Shown piece by piece: positions 39,751-52,160 of a stretch of DNA of 64,000 nt. Source of the DNA: Bugula neritina (Eukaryota; Animalia; Bryozoa). Position 1 is the first letter of the stretch. Each line of letters opens with the position of its first letter. The notes below the pieces were generated by a model. That model searched no databases. It was not told the DNA's origin and worked only from the letters and a program-made list of their open reading frames with translations. The stretch lies in the NCBI GenBank assembly GCA_964035545.1, contig OZ037766.1, positions 15,304,722 to 15,368,721 on the forward strand, given 5' to 3'. Position numbers and translations under genes: made by a program.

Positions 39751-41137
39751 ACTTCTTTATTAGGTCCATTCTACTAATTATTGTTAGCTAATGTGTGTTG
39801 TGTCAACTATATACCTAACATTGTATTTCTATCATTATAATATACTAGCGTTATTTTCTGTAGTATAAACTAATTATAGCCAAATACATGTTTTTTTGTT
39901 TTATTTTTGTGTTTTGTATTTCAAAATATATGACATGTAGTATAAAATAGATCATGAGATACATGTAATTTATGATTATGGCTTCTAGTTTTTTAATGTT
40001 AAAACTTATAAACACTCACAGATTTATAATAAATGCTTTTAAAGACTAATTTGCGCTGTATCTACTTCATCAGTTTACCATAGGAAATGTTCTCATTCAT
40101 TCCACCGAGCACATTTGCATTGTAAATTCTATGATCGTTATAGCTACTGCAACAGAACTATAAACCATAGCGTTATTCGGTTGTTAAATATGAACACTTC
40201 CTGCCTTCTGCAACTTACTAGTCTATATAAGTTTGTATCATTGCAGCCATGTATTGAATTGCCCATCTGGAGCTTTAGGTCAAGGTCAGAAGTTGTTTTC
40301 TCCTTTTAATACTTCACTTCAAAACAAATTATAGCTCACCATTCCCTTGACCGATTTATTGCTTAGCTGTGGTCAATTGCTTTCAAGGCACTCAAAGATA
40401 AATTACCATTTTTTGTTTTTGTCACAAAATAATGTTGAAGTACACAGTGCATTATATTCACCAGAACTTAGTGATGTATAATTGTAGTGATTGCCTGCTA
40501 GTCATCTGCTCTGTAATGAATTTGAATTGAGTGAAAAATAGTCTTGAGATCAACATGTTTGGCACTGCTTGAAAATAAGATGGTGGATAACAATTAATGA
40601 CCATTGTTGTTACTTTTGTGGCCACTTGAATAGAATAATTGCGTGATTTTATAACCACATTGGTGCACTTTTTATCTCTTGGTTTACAGAATGAGTGTAC
40701 AAGCCTGTCTAGCTAATAATGTAACAGTACCTGCATAATTATGAACATAACAATACATACTATACACCGTTATATTATTTTGATGACAGGAAAGATCTAT
40801 TGTAGAGCACCAAGCTCACCACTATATATGCAAGTTTATCAGATGACATTAGTGGACCATAAAATCAACTACATAGTAGTCATCAAGTTGCAAGCAAAGC
40901 TATGTGTGCAAAGTCAAATGTCAATGATTAAGTAAGCAAATTTCACTATTTGGACTACTAACATTATGTTAACCTTTGCATAAATACCAAAAGTTCTCCC
41001 AAAACAGCTGGGAAGCAGATCATAAACTGTCAGTGTCAAATACATTCAAGATTCAGTCATATTTACACAAATATAATATTTTACAGGTTACATAAATGTC
41101 CAATTCTAATGGTTGTATGTACATCTGGTTAATTAGT

Positions 41138-42565
41138 TCATATGTTGTGGCCCATGTGATGGTGCATATAGTTCCATCTATATTTGGGCACTGTAAGATC
41201 TAGTGGAGCTTCAGCAGAAGCTGGTAGACTTTTGTTAATGGTGAGGTTATAGCCATGTGTGGGCTGCTGATATTCATCTATTATACTCATAGCAGACTGT
41301 GGAGGACTCATGTAAAATCTATGTGTATCTTGAACAAAGTTGATTTGTTGTTGGTAGGTATGAAAAGCAGAGTTTATTCCAGTATGCATAGATTTGGGCC
41401 CTGGCAATAACGATGACTGCATGCGCATGGATGTTGCTGCTGCAACATTCATTCCACTGCTTGAAGGGTGGTAGAACTTTGACTGGGGTGGAGAGAAGAT
41501 ACTGGTAAAGTTTGGGTGGTATGAGTTTGTAACGGCTGCGATTTCCTTTGGAGTGGGTGGCTTTGGGGGCTCAACTGGCGCAGCAGGAGGAATTGGGTCA
41601 TCTTTCTTTCGGTTGAAGAAAATACAAGAATCTTTAGCGTTGTCATTCTCAGATGAGAACCTCCTCTTTTGTATTATTCGTGAAACTTCTCGAATACTTC
41701 CTTTTAGAGCGAAGCTGCACACCTTATTGTCTGGTGTCTCTGGGCAATCTAAACTCACCGAGTGCTTATAGACAGAAGACTGTTTCATTGCTGGAGGTAC
41801 TTTCTGCTTTTTCTTGCTACTATGTTTAGCATGAGTCTTCTTGGAGCTAGTATGATGCTCTTTGACCTTTTTCTCGACCTTTTTCTCAACTTTTTTCTCA
41901 ACCTTTTTTTCTTTGGTCGACACAGCTGTGGTTGCCTTCTTTGCATCATTCTCGACAACTGAAATGTGTATCAGCTCAGCTTCAATCTCTGTTTGCTCCA
42001 AACTCATCTTATGAAACAAATTAATGTGATCCATAAGTTTCCCACGCTTTCGGAATGACATGTCGCACCAAAAACATCTATACCTTGAAATTTTTATTGA
42101 TGTTGCCGATACTTGGATAGTTTTTTTTGTTTCAGGAAGTACAACTTCACTTTTTCCATCTTTCGCTGCTACGGCATGGATCAGGTTATTAACAACTTTG
42201 GTCTTCTGAGCATCTAATGTGTGATCTTGCAGTTGCTCTTTTTGAATTTCATCTATAAGCTTATCCTTAGAGTCCTTCTCTAGTCTTATAATTTTAACCT
42301 CTGGTTCAGTCCCTGCTTCTTTATGGTCGGTTTCCATATGCCTAACCAATTTCTTTCGAGTGCGGCAGTCCAATTTACATTCAGGGCATTGTGCGGCTGT
42401 ATTAACACTTTGTGCAGCCTTTTTTGCTTCAAACGAATTTTCCTCACTTCGATCAATTTTCATCTGAGCATCCTCCACAAATGCTGAATGGCTTTCTCGC
42501 ATATGCTTCACCATTTTACCAGACGTTGGAAAACGCTGGTCACATTTAATACACTTGTGAGTCAT
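41138..42565 (-). CDS. C2H2 zinc-finger protein (3 dispersed fingers, KKVE repeats, C-terminal PLDLT motif), about 475 aa
   Basis: Single coding exon after an acceptor at 42598-42599; first ATG 42565 (MTHKC). Fingers CIKC..HMRESH, CPEC..HMETDH, CFWC..HINLFH. Upstream donor GTAAGT at 43547 suggests a non-coding exon 1. Confidence 0.88.
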   Translation of the reverse strand: MTHKCIKCDQRFPTSGKMVKHMRESHSAFVEDAQMKIDRSEENSFEAKKAAQSVNTAAQCPECKLDCRTRKKLVRHMETDHKEAGTEPEVKIIRLEKDSKDKLIDEIQKEQLQDHTLDAQKTKVVNNLIHAVAAKDGKSEVVLPETKKTIQVSATSIKISRYRCFWCDMSFRKRGKLMDHINLFHKMSLEQTEIEAELIHISVVENDAKKATTAVSTKEKKVEKKVEKKVEKKVKEHHTSSKKTHAKHSSKKKQKVPPAMKQSSVYKHSVSLDCPETPDNKVCSFALKGSIREVSRIIQKRRFSSENDNAKDSCIFFNRKKDDPIPPAAPVEPPKPPTPKEIAAVTNSYHPNFTSIFSPPQSKFYHPSSSGMNVAAATSMRMQSSLLPGPKSMHTGINSAFHTYQQQINFVQDTHRFYMSPPQSAMSIIDEYQQPTHGYNLTINKSLPASAEAPLDLTVPKYRWNYMHHHMGHNI

Positions 42566-42693
42566 CTTGTGGCTGGAGTGTAGCTCCAAGATTCAATCTG
42601 AAAGAGAAACTATGAAGTATGATATTCATATACAACATGATGGAGCAAAAACATCATTCAAATGATTATAAATAATACATCTCACTTTGCCTA

Positions 42694-43027
42694 GGGCCAC
42701 ACTGTGCGTATTTTCGCATGCGAAAATTGAAATCACAAGTAGCAAAGGTGTCCACTGTAGCGTCAACGATGCGTGATAAATAAAGCATTCATTTTTAAAT
42801 CGCACTCGCTTTCAATAAAACGCAATTTACTGGAATGTAGCACTAAAGTAAAGAAATTGGGCTCGCTGAATAACTACCAGCCAATTAGGTGACGACGACA
42901 GAGACGATTCGCACTTGCGTTGAAAATGCAGAGCGACAAGTGCGAATGTTTTCTCAACGCGCACAGTGGACACCTTTGCTACTTGTGATTTCAATTTTCG
43001 TATGCGAAAATACGCACCGTGTGGCCC
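42694..43027. mobile_element. MITE (334 bp, about 65-bp TIRs GGGCCACAC..., PIF/Harbinger-like) in the zinc-finger gene intron
   Basis: GGGCCACACTGTGCGTATTTTCGCATGCGAAAATTGAAATCACAAGTAGCAAAGGTGTCCACTGT is mirrored at the right end; palindromic CCTAGG flanks make the TSD length ambiguous. Confidence 0.85.
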
Positions 43028-43786
43028 TAGGCTTACAGTCACCCAAGTATGAAGTATTACAACAGTTTATGTTTAAATTATTATTAGATATAACATTTGG
43101 TTTCAGCTGGACTTGAAAACTTTTAGAAAACAGCATTAGTATTATGTGAATTTTAAACATAGATTAAGATATGATTCCAAACAACTAGAGAGCTTAAGTG
43201 TCACTAATTCTGAATTAAAGAGTTGCAAAACTTCTGAACTAGTTGCATAGCTAATGATTTAGTTTTTGCTGTGTTTTGTAGCTCACCGATTCAATTTTGC
43301 ATTAAAAAAACTCATCATTTCTATTGCAACAAAATATGGGTAGTTCAACTTCGTCTCTAGCAATTCCAATGTTTATATTTGATAGGAATTGAGTTTAAAA
43401 CCAAAGCTGGTAGGAAAAGATAACAAATTGTAGTTGTTATTCAATCTTTATTACTAAACAAACTGTCATACTCATAATCATTATCACTATGAGTATTAGT
43501 ATGATCACTCAATTATAATTTTATACACCAATGGCAATTGTACTTACCAATATCAAATATGACTATGAAAGTAGAGTATGAGTTAGGTATCACCTCATAG
43601 ATTCAAAACAACAAAAAATTCTGGTGGGTTGACTTCAACCCTAATGGAAGAAGTTAATATTCTCTAGAGCAGGCAATGTACGCCCTCCTCCATCTGCGAC
43701 TTATGATGCATTGCGAGTTTACAGTTTCATTTCAATGCTCGTCCTGCATATGTCATATATTCTTTCAGTAGCTGTGATTAATGACT

Positions 43787-43846
43787 TGACGTCATTGATA
43801 CAAGCCCCAAGTCATACGTAGCTAAGTAGTTTGCCGCGCAGCCAAT
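43787..43846 (-). promoter_or_regulatory. Putative zinc-finger gene promoter: full CRE TGACGTCA (43787-43794) and CCAAT box (43842-43846)
   Basis: Motifs lie about 240-300 bp upstream of the exon-1 donor (43547) in a CpG-richer stretch. Confidence 0.45.
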
Positions 43847-45606
43847 CTACCTTTAGTACCAGCGATAGCAAGTCTGTAGTCTGCAGCCTATTGTAACCCG
43901 ATACATACTGAGAGAAGATAGCCCGAGGTCAATTGTTTATAGTTAACTGCTATCACTGCGACATCAATAATGGCGTGGTTATTATACCTTTGACCTTTAG
44001 GCTACAGATAAATAGGTCATTCTGATGTCATTCAACTTTTTACGGGCTCAGTTTTAGGTAGCTGGTAACATCCCGGAAGCAAACATACATAACAAATTAT
44101 TATATGTGATAGGGTAATTAATTATAAAGGCAAGCTATGCTACAACTCAAATTTCTGAAATGTCACATAGAATGCAGACTAATAGGGGAATTTAGCATTT
44201 AGCATAAACATTATTGCTCTAAAAATACATGTCATAATTTAACCTAAGATGATATAAGTATTGAGGTAGAAAACTTTCTTTAATTGAAATATCTGCTTGG
44301 TCTAACTATAGTCTATACAATGAAGGTAGTGGACCTGTAGAATGGAGAAAGTGCATGGAATGCAGCCAAGATTTCCTTAATTTCAAAAAACAATTTTTAC
44401 AAGATCTGGTCAATAAATAGTTCACAGCTCCTGATTCAGAGTATGTGTCTAGCCTCAAAAGAACAGCTCCTTTCAAACACTTTTCTTTCAGTTTAAACCT
44501 AACAATTAGCTGTTTCAGCCTTTCTTTAGCAGTACATACCTTTACTTACAGCTCAACATGGCCAACCTGACCGTTAAACTGTATCAGATGCATCAACTTC
44601 TCACTGGGTTGACATGTTATACATTGAGTTATACATAGGTAGAACTTATGTTTTGTGATTACTAAATGTGACCAACTTTCCTCAGCCATTGTTATTTTGG
44701 GAAATACTATTTGTATAAGAATTTCATAATGAAAATTTGACCAGTGTATATTGACCGAAATGATAGTGCCTAATTATATCATTACCCTAGTCTGATTTTA
44801 AAGCTGCTTTTTGAATTTATATCCAAATAATAAAATATTTTTACTATTTTGCCATCCCCACCTGAACACACCAACTTGTCTCTAAGGCTGTATATGAAAT
44901 CAGGAGCCAAAATTGCAAAAACAACTGCAGCTGAGGTCACAGGAACAGCTCTTAATGAACTTTGACCTTCATGTTTTCCCAACAGCAACACTTTTCTTCA
45001 CCACTCAAACTAATAGATGTGAAAATAAACTATTATGACTGCATGGCATGTAGGTTTTACGTCAATGCCTGCTGGCAACTGTCATTCAATCTGTCCCAAC
45101 TGCTATTTATACCTCATGTTCTCCACTATCAACAATTGATATACTTTTGAGTAGGTATGCTGCCCAGGCTCTAGGCTCAACTTGTGTCATATAAAAAGGC
45201 AATTAAACATCAGTCACATTCTCTTGTTTTTATACAAAACTTTCCTTTGCACTATATATACATATCTATGCCTACTAGTAAGTGAAGCTGCCCTATAAAC
45301 AAATAAACAATCTATAGCAAGAAGTTTATATAATTATTGTTGCATTGTTATGCTCTTTTGAGAATATAAAATAAAAGCTAGTGGCCATAACTTTACAAGT
45401 TGTTTAGAAGTTGCATAGCTACTTTTGATTTGTTTGGATTGCATTTTAAAATATTTTAAAGTTATAATTAATTTAATATATACTTCAGTGTGATATTCAT
45501 TTTTTTACTGTACAGATGCTCTATTGAAAGCAGATTTTTTTGTGAAGCATCCCATTTATAATATGGATTAAAGTATATATAACATGTGAAATCAAAATGC
45601 TTATTT

Positions 45607-45701
45607 TATGTGCATGTGTGTGCGTGTGTGTGTGTGTGTGTGCGTGTGTGTGTGCGCGTGTGTGTGTGCGCGTGTCCGCGTGTGCGTGTGTGTGTGTGTG
45701 C
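45607..45701. repeat. (TG)n/(CG) microsatellite
   Basis: Direct reading. Confidence 0.9.
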
Positions 45702-47523
45702 ACATAGTCAACATGAATAAGTTGATCACTTATAAGAATTATAGTCTTTTCAACTTGTTTATGCAACATGCAGCAGACCCATTCAACTGAACTTGCCCAA
45801 TATTTAAAAAAAAATTTGTGCAGTGCCAATAAATTTATTAACTTCAAAGCATACAGACATATATAATATGAGAAAAATAAAATAAAGTAGCTTATAAGTA
45901 AGATTAAGTATTCTAGTTTAATTTGTAGCTGAAAAATTTATAACAAAATAATAACATATACTAAAGTTCACTAGAGCTGATAGTTGTCTAGATTTAGAGG
46001 ATTATTTTGATTTATCCTAGTCAATAACCTAGTTGTAACATTGCGGCACATTTGTAATTGGGCTGACAACTCCTTAGCATCCCACTTGCAACTTGGAATA
46101 CAACTATTGAACTATTACTAAGATATGAACCTCATATTATGTTGGTAATGTTAAAAAAGTTATATTTGTGAGGCGCACTTGTGGTTAATACCTAATGTGG
46201 TATAATTGATGCAACTAATAGGGTCACATATTATTATCAACTCCTCTGTAAAATCTGTCCTATATTATAATATTGTTCGTAGAAGTTGTCATACTTGCAA
46301 ACTGATGTTATAAAATTATTGCCCCAGTTAATGTCTAGTCTACTTCCTAAAACTTTTTTGCAGAATACTCAAACTTGAGAATTAATAGGAGCTATGTAAC
46401 AAAATACAAATATATAGTTTATGATTGACTTTTATATATTATCTATATCTAAAAAAGATCTTATAATATATTTTGTTCTAGCTAGATTTTTGTACAGAAA
46501 GGCCAAAGATAATTATGGTAAAGCTGTGCATATAGTTACTTCTTTGTACTAAGAAACAAAAAGCAATAGAATTAGTCATTACATCTCCTTCTCTGACATA
46601 TGCAGTTTCAATTATACTAACTTTAAGTTTTCTGGTAAAAAAGCTGAGTGTATATGGTAAAGAGGGCAACATAGTTTTGCATTAAAATAATCAATTTTGT
46701 TTGTAGGATTGTTATTTGATATTAAATAAAGAATTTGAAAAAAATAAAACTGATAAAAATATTATTGTGAACCATGCTATTGTATATGTACATTTAGAAA
46801 AAACTGTCAACTGCTGGATTCAAACTAGGAGAAGAGTATAAGTTAAATGAAAGCATTAGCTCAGCTACTAAACTTTGTTAATTTAAATTGTTTTAATTAG
46901 GGTAATGTACTATCAGCTCAACTTAGTCCTTCATGTACTAGTACATAGATGTATATTAGCTCAATTAGGTTATTTTAACTCATTCATCGTTATTAGATCA
47001 TAGAAGACATTATAATTATAATGACCATTATAACAGCTAAAGAATGCTGTAGATTAAAAATAAAGATATAAGAATACACATATTGTTTTTAATAAAGCAG
47101 TACTGAAATGGAAATGATTAGTAACAAGAACCTCCATTTTTATCCTCCAAAACTATAAATTAAATTATAGCACAATTTTAATTATTGAGGAGAATGCAAT
47201 AACATATAAGGAAATTTATTTTCTCATTGTTGCTCAACTTCTACATATAATTTTTAAGAATTATATTTAAAATGTAACAATTGTTATATTTGTTCATCAA
47301 ATTCCTTTGCTTTTGCAAAAATATATGAAAGAAGAAGTTGTTTTCTCTAAAAACTATAATGTTCACTTTTAATGTTCACTTTTAAATTACCACTAGTAAA
47401 GCCTTTTTTTGTGTTTTAAAACAGCTATATTGAATTGGTTTAAAAAAAATCTCTAAGAAAGTTCATTGATTAGTGGTGCATGATCTATAAAACATATTTG
47501 ATTATGGTGTAATAAACTCATTG

Positions 47524-47655
47524 GAGCAGCTGTGGGCTAGTGGTTAGAGAACTAACTTATATATAGTGAGCACCTAGTCAGTGGTTTAGTTTCCAGTGCG
47601 GGCCATTGGTGATGTTAGGAAAGGCATTGAGTTATAGTTGCTCCTTTCCTACAAG
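47524..47655 (+). mobile_element. tRNA-derived SINE
   Basis: A-box-like TGGGCTAGTGG, degenerate B box, body GGCCATTGGTGATGTTAGGAAAGGCAT shared with the copy at 6943-7068. Confidence 0.55.
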
Positions 47656-49599
47656 AGAAAACAAGCCTTTGGCCTGCTTTTAGACAACTTTTCTTCAGAA
47701 GAGTTTCTCGCAGTGAGGGTGAATTTTCTATTAATATATGAGAAACTGAGACTTTCAAACATTGAATGCTTGTTATACCCAACTTGTCATATACACTCAC
47801 ACACATAGAGAAATGCATGTTTTTTATCGTTGCTTTTATAATTAATTTTTATATACTTGGAAAATTGTCATGCAAGTTTCTGTCTCAATTCCTTTCACCA
47901 TGAAGATAAAACCTTTTATAAATAATAGTTTGAATGCTGTATAATTAATAAGATTCTTCTGGAAGCATTTTCTACACTCATTATAATTTGAACAACTACC
48001 CAACTACATCTGGATATTAAAACTGCTGTAGTTGTATGGCTAATTACTGGGCTAATAGAAAATAAAAACTTAACATCTTTATAGTTAGACGTAGTTGTTC
48101 AGCTGTATAATATAATGCAATTAATAATTATATGTCAAGTCCAGTGTATGTCAATAAAAAAACTGCAAGAGTTGTATATTTTATAAGCAAGCTGTAATTA
48201 AATTGATGAAGTAATTGTATATGCATATAATAAGTTGCAATACGATAATTGAATACATTGTAAGACCATGATTTTATCTAAGTTAATAGATCACCAGTCA
48301 CTCAACTCTGATCATAAAGGTTTTTTATAAATTTGCCATTGTAAACAAGCTGTTTCTCCAACACTTAACCTCTGACCTTTTTGCTTGTAGGGCTGCCTGC
48401 AGAAGTCACTGGTTCAAGCGCAAGAAAGCTTTCAGAAACAATCCAATACAAAGAACTAGTCATCTAATGGTGCAACATTTAATCAAAGTATATGAATTGA
48501 TGTGTTATTGAAATCTACATTGAATATAATATGCAAATGGTAAAAGCTCTTTAGATTAAACTTATGATTATGTATGCTTTGTAGTGAATAAACTGTGAAT
48601 TTAAAAATTACTTTCAGTGCATTACTGCAGCTGGCAAATATATAATTATTTTCTGCTTTAAAATCATCTGCACCACTTTTAGACTCTACTAAACACTTAT
48701 CAACCATTTTATTATGTAGTCTCCTCTAATGCTCAAACCATGCAGCACATTTTTTACAAGTTATAGTTATTAAAAACTTTCTCCATAAGGCATATAATAT
48801 TATTTATAGTATAATGTATATTGGTTATTCTTTGTCACAAATGAAACATGAAATATGTAACAACACTATACACATATTAGAATAGAGTAGCAAATCAAAA
48901 GTAGGAAGTTTATTTACATTGTATCAAGAAACTTTTTGTTGGTTGGTAAAAATTTTGAATTTGGAAAAGCAAGTTTATGTAAAAGCTAGAATTTTGCATC
49001 TGGTTTATAGTGTAAGAATAAATCTAAAAGATCGTATGCACCAATAATCGACTCAAATAAAACCTTTAACCAGAGTCGCTAAAATTAGCAGACGTTGTCC
49101 AATACCTGAATAGCAGAGGTGAAGACAACACTTCAAGCTTATGCAACAATTGTGCTTAGTCAGGCTGGAACATACTCTACTGTAGGCCTTTTTGATGCTG
49201 CTTATTAGAAATAACTTTTATGGTAGACACACAGCATTTGATCTAGCCAGTATTTTTGAAGCATTCAAAAAGCAGATTGAGTCTCAAAATGTTGTAAATA
49301 ATAATAGCAAACCACAAATGCCAAAAGACTTATATAAATGTATACCCATTTGCATTATTTTTGTGAATATAAGTTGATATTTATATATAATGTAAAACTT
49401 GTTTTAATTTTGTCACTTAGTTTTACATTGTATTTGTGCTTTAATGTTTTGTATGTTATAACATACAATATATAATATCCATATCGTATTATGTAGTACA
49501 ACTTATAGTTTATTTATCAACAGCTTAAATATCTTATATAGTAACATTGTGGACTTCACAGTGATGTTATGGTGAAGAGTATATGATCAATATGGCATT

Positions 49600-49840
49600 C
49601 GATAAAAATGGCGCAGGTAAATATAGCACAGGTAATAATGGCACAGATAATAATGGGAAAAACGGAAAAGTATGTAAAAATGGTACACTTTCAATAATGG
49701 GGTTTGGGGTTAGGATGGAGGGCTTGGGTATGGGTTTGGGCAAAATTAACATCAGTGACATTTTTACTTACTTCTCCATTTGTGCCATTATTACCTGTGC
49801 TATTATTAGCTGTGCCATTTTTACCTGTGCCATTTTTACC
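49600..49840. mobile_element. Foldback MITE with 15-bp tandem subrepeats in each arm and a G-rich core
   Basis: Left arm about 4 x GGTAA(A/T)AATGGCACA, right arm about 4 x TGTGCCATT(T/A)TTACC, core GGGGTTTGGGGTTAGG. Confidence 0.75.
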
Positions 49841-50405
49841 TTTGTCATTCTTACTTAAAATAAATAAATATAATAAGTGTCTATTCACCAACACACCAAC
49901 TGACGCTTTCAAGGTTCACTCTAGCTGGGAAACATTTTAGGAATTCAATGTAAATTTCTTAACAGTGTAAGCTAGATACATTTATATGATGAAGAGAATA
50001 TAATAATACATTGAGTTTGTTCTTCACTGTGATAAGTATGAGTTATAGCATACAATTGGTGATGCTTTTCTGAAAAAAAGAGTTTCAATAAGTTAACTTG
50101 ATGAAACACATTTTATTCAAACAATATTATTACATACATGTGTATATAGAGCATTGATCTACAACTGTATTTGGTTTTCTCTGTTTATATATAGTAAACT
50201 GGAATATGATTTATTTTAAAGCATATGCTGGTATTAAGCTAAAGCGAAAGTAATATAATATTTATTGATTTGTAACATATAACAGATTGCTGACGCTTCC
50301 TCCATTTATATATTTTTCACAATATTTTCTTACTCTAACAACGACTAGATTCAGCATAAAGACATTGTTAAAATACAAACAGCAAAAAGCTATGATTTAT
50401 GATGT

Positions 50406-50457
50406 TCCCCCTTCCCCCTCCCCCTTCTCCCCTCCCTTCCCCCCCCCCCCCCCCCCC
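50406..50457. repeat. Poly-C / C-rich tract (G-rich on the GPCR sense strand, downstream of its stop codon)
   Basis: Direct reading. Confidence 0.85.
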
Positions 50458-50585
50458 AGTACAATGAGCTTTCAGAGCAAGATTAGGATATTTTTTTTAT
50501 ACATGGCATTCCCATTTTACCACAAAATTTAGAACAACAAGCACTACATGGAAAAACTACTTATTTATTTGCAGTCGCAAAACTC

Positions 50586-51152
50586 TCAATTTGGCGTGAC
50601 TGTTGACTTCTTCAACTTGAGCAGATTCATTACATGAATGCGGTAGCCTGGGGCAATGAAAAAATATATCAAAACATTGAAAATACTGTACGCTGTCGTG
50701 TAAAAATAGGAAATCCATCTAGTCAAATCTTCTAAGTTCTTGGCAATGTTATCAAAACTGTTGAACACCACTGATATGACTGTTGGAATGTAAGAGAGGT
50801 AAAGAGTTATAGAGGCAATTACGATATATTGGGCAGACCTCTTTACTATCAGGTCATCTTGGGCTGGAGCTCTACTTCTTGACTGCATTCTCTTCAACTC
50901 TCTCCATGTCTTTGATAAGCAGATGACCGAAGTAATGAATGCAATTGTGATGGATCCAGCAAAAGCAGCACTAGTCTGCTTGTTGGGCTTACTTGGCATA
51001 GCTCCAAAGTCGCCAAAGCAGTACTCATCAGTGTCGGTGACAATCGAGATGGTCATGAGAGCAAAACTGATCATCCAAACAATGCCCAAGCAGACTTTCA
51101 TATTGTTAACTATTTTGTTAGTGGTCACCTGATAAGGAAAGCATATGGAGAT
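50586..51152 (-). pseudogene. 3' half (ICL2, TM4-TM7) of an intronless class-A GPCR disrupted by the BEL/Pao insertion
   Basis: ICFPYQV..VCLGIVW (TM4 Trp)..LYLSYIP (TM6)..FNVLIY (NPxxY-like). Rejoins the 5' half in frame when the element and one TSD are removed. Confidence 0.88.
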
Positions 51153-51963
51153 TGTAGCAGTTTTGTTAGGTCTGCTAGTAACCGCAAGCTTATCAGAGTA
51201 GGTTTAGGAATTCAACTGATGTCTTGTGAGTGTAGTTATTAGTATTTTATTCCAACTTATAACACTTTTGCTCACAAAGCTACACCGTGAAATCTAAATA
51301 AAATACACACAATATAAGGCTAAATAAAGTACAAGAAAATAAGAACTGTAAGGAAATAACACACATAAAATTATTAAAGTAAGCAAAATATTACTGCATA
51401 ATAATTCATTAAAAATAATGTCAGCTATAAACCATTTCAAATAATATAAGCCAAATGCATCGATATTACAGCATTAAGACAATAAATGATAGAAAAATTA
51501 ATAGCAGACAAACCTTTAGCACTTCTCTGATAACTTGATAATACAGCTTCTGCTCTTAGGTTTCAATAGATAGTAATATATATCTTGTTTAATGTAAAAT
51601 TATAAGTAGTATACTTGCTCTTTGGCTCTACTAATTGAAACTGATCAGGATAACCAATGCTTTCCAACAGCAGCAGAATAATACACAAACAACAAATAAA
51701 CAAAAATGATGTGTTCCAGATCCCATTGGTCACCCAAATTGCACCACCAGCCCCAAGTAATTCCAAATAAGGGAACAGAAATATTCTGGCAGATTTGTTG
51801 TCTTGGGCTTTTGCAATACACTTGATTCATTGATTGTGGCTTTTGCTGCGCAGTTGTAGGAATTTATTGTTTTGTTTAGGGGCTATTAATATGCTATGAC
51901 GATGGACTATGACACACGCACACACACAGTGTGCATGTAAACATGCTGCCAGCTACTGCTACA
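51153..51963 (-). repeat. 3' LTR of the BEL/Pao element
   Basis: Direct repeat of 59610-60420; adjacent to the PPT. Confidence 0.95.
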
Positions 51964-52160
51964 CTCCCACCTTAATTTTACAAAAATTAAAAGAGAGTTT
52001 ACAATTTTATTTTAGCTTTTATTTATTTATTTTATTTTATTATTTTTTTTTTTTATAAAAATGACATGAAACTATATAATGGCTATTATAAAATATGGAT
52101 ATTATAACTATGCACTGTAATCCTCATACAGTGGCAGTTGGATGTCGCTAGCTACTATAA

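Noticed and set aside
44500-48500. Possible plus-strand gene from scattered splice-like sites (about 44551-44638 and from 48391)
   Set aside because: No coherent reading frame or recognisable protein could be assembled.
51563-51830. Short ORFs duplicated at 60020-60287
   Set aside because: They lie inside the LTRs; duplication reflects LTR identity, with no env-like features.
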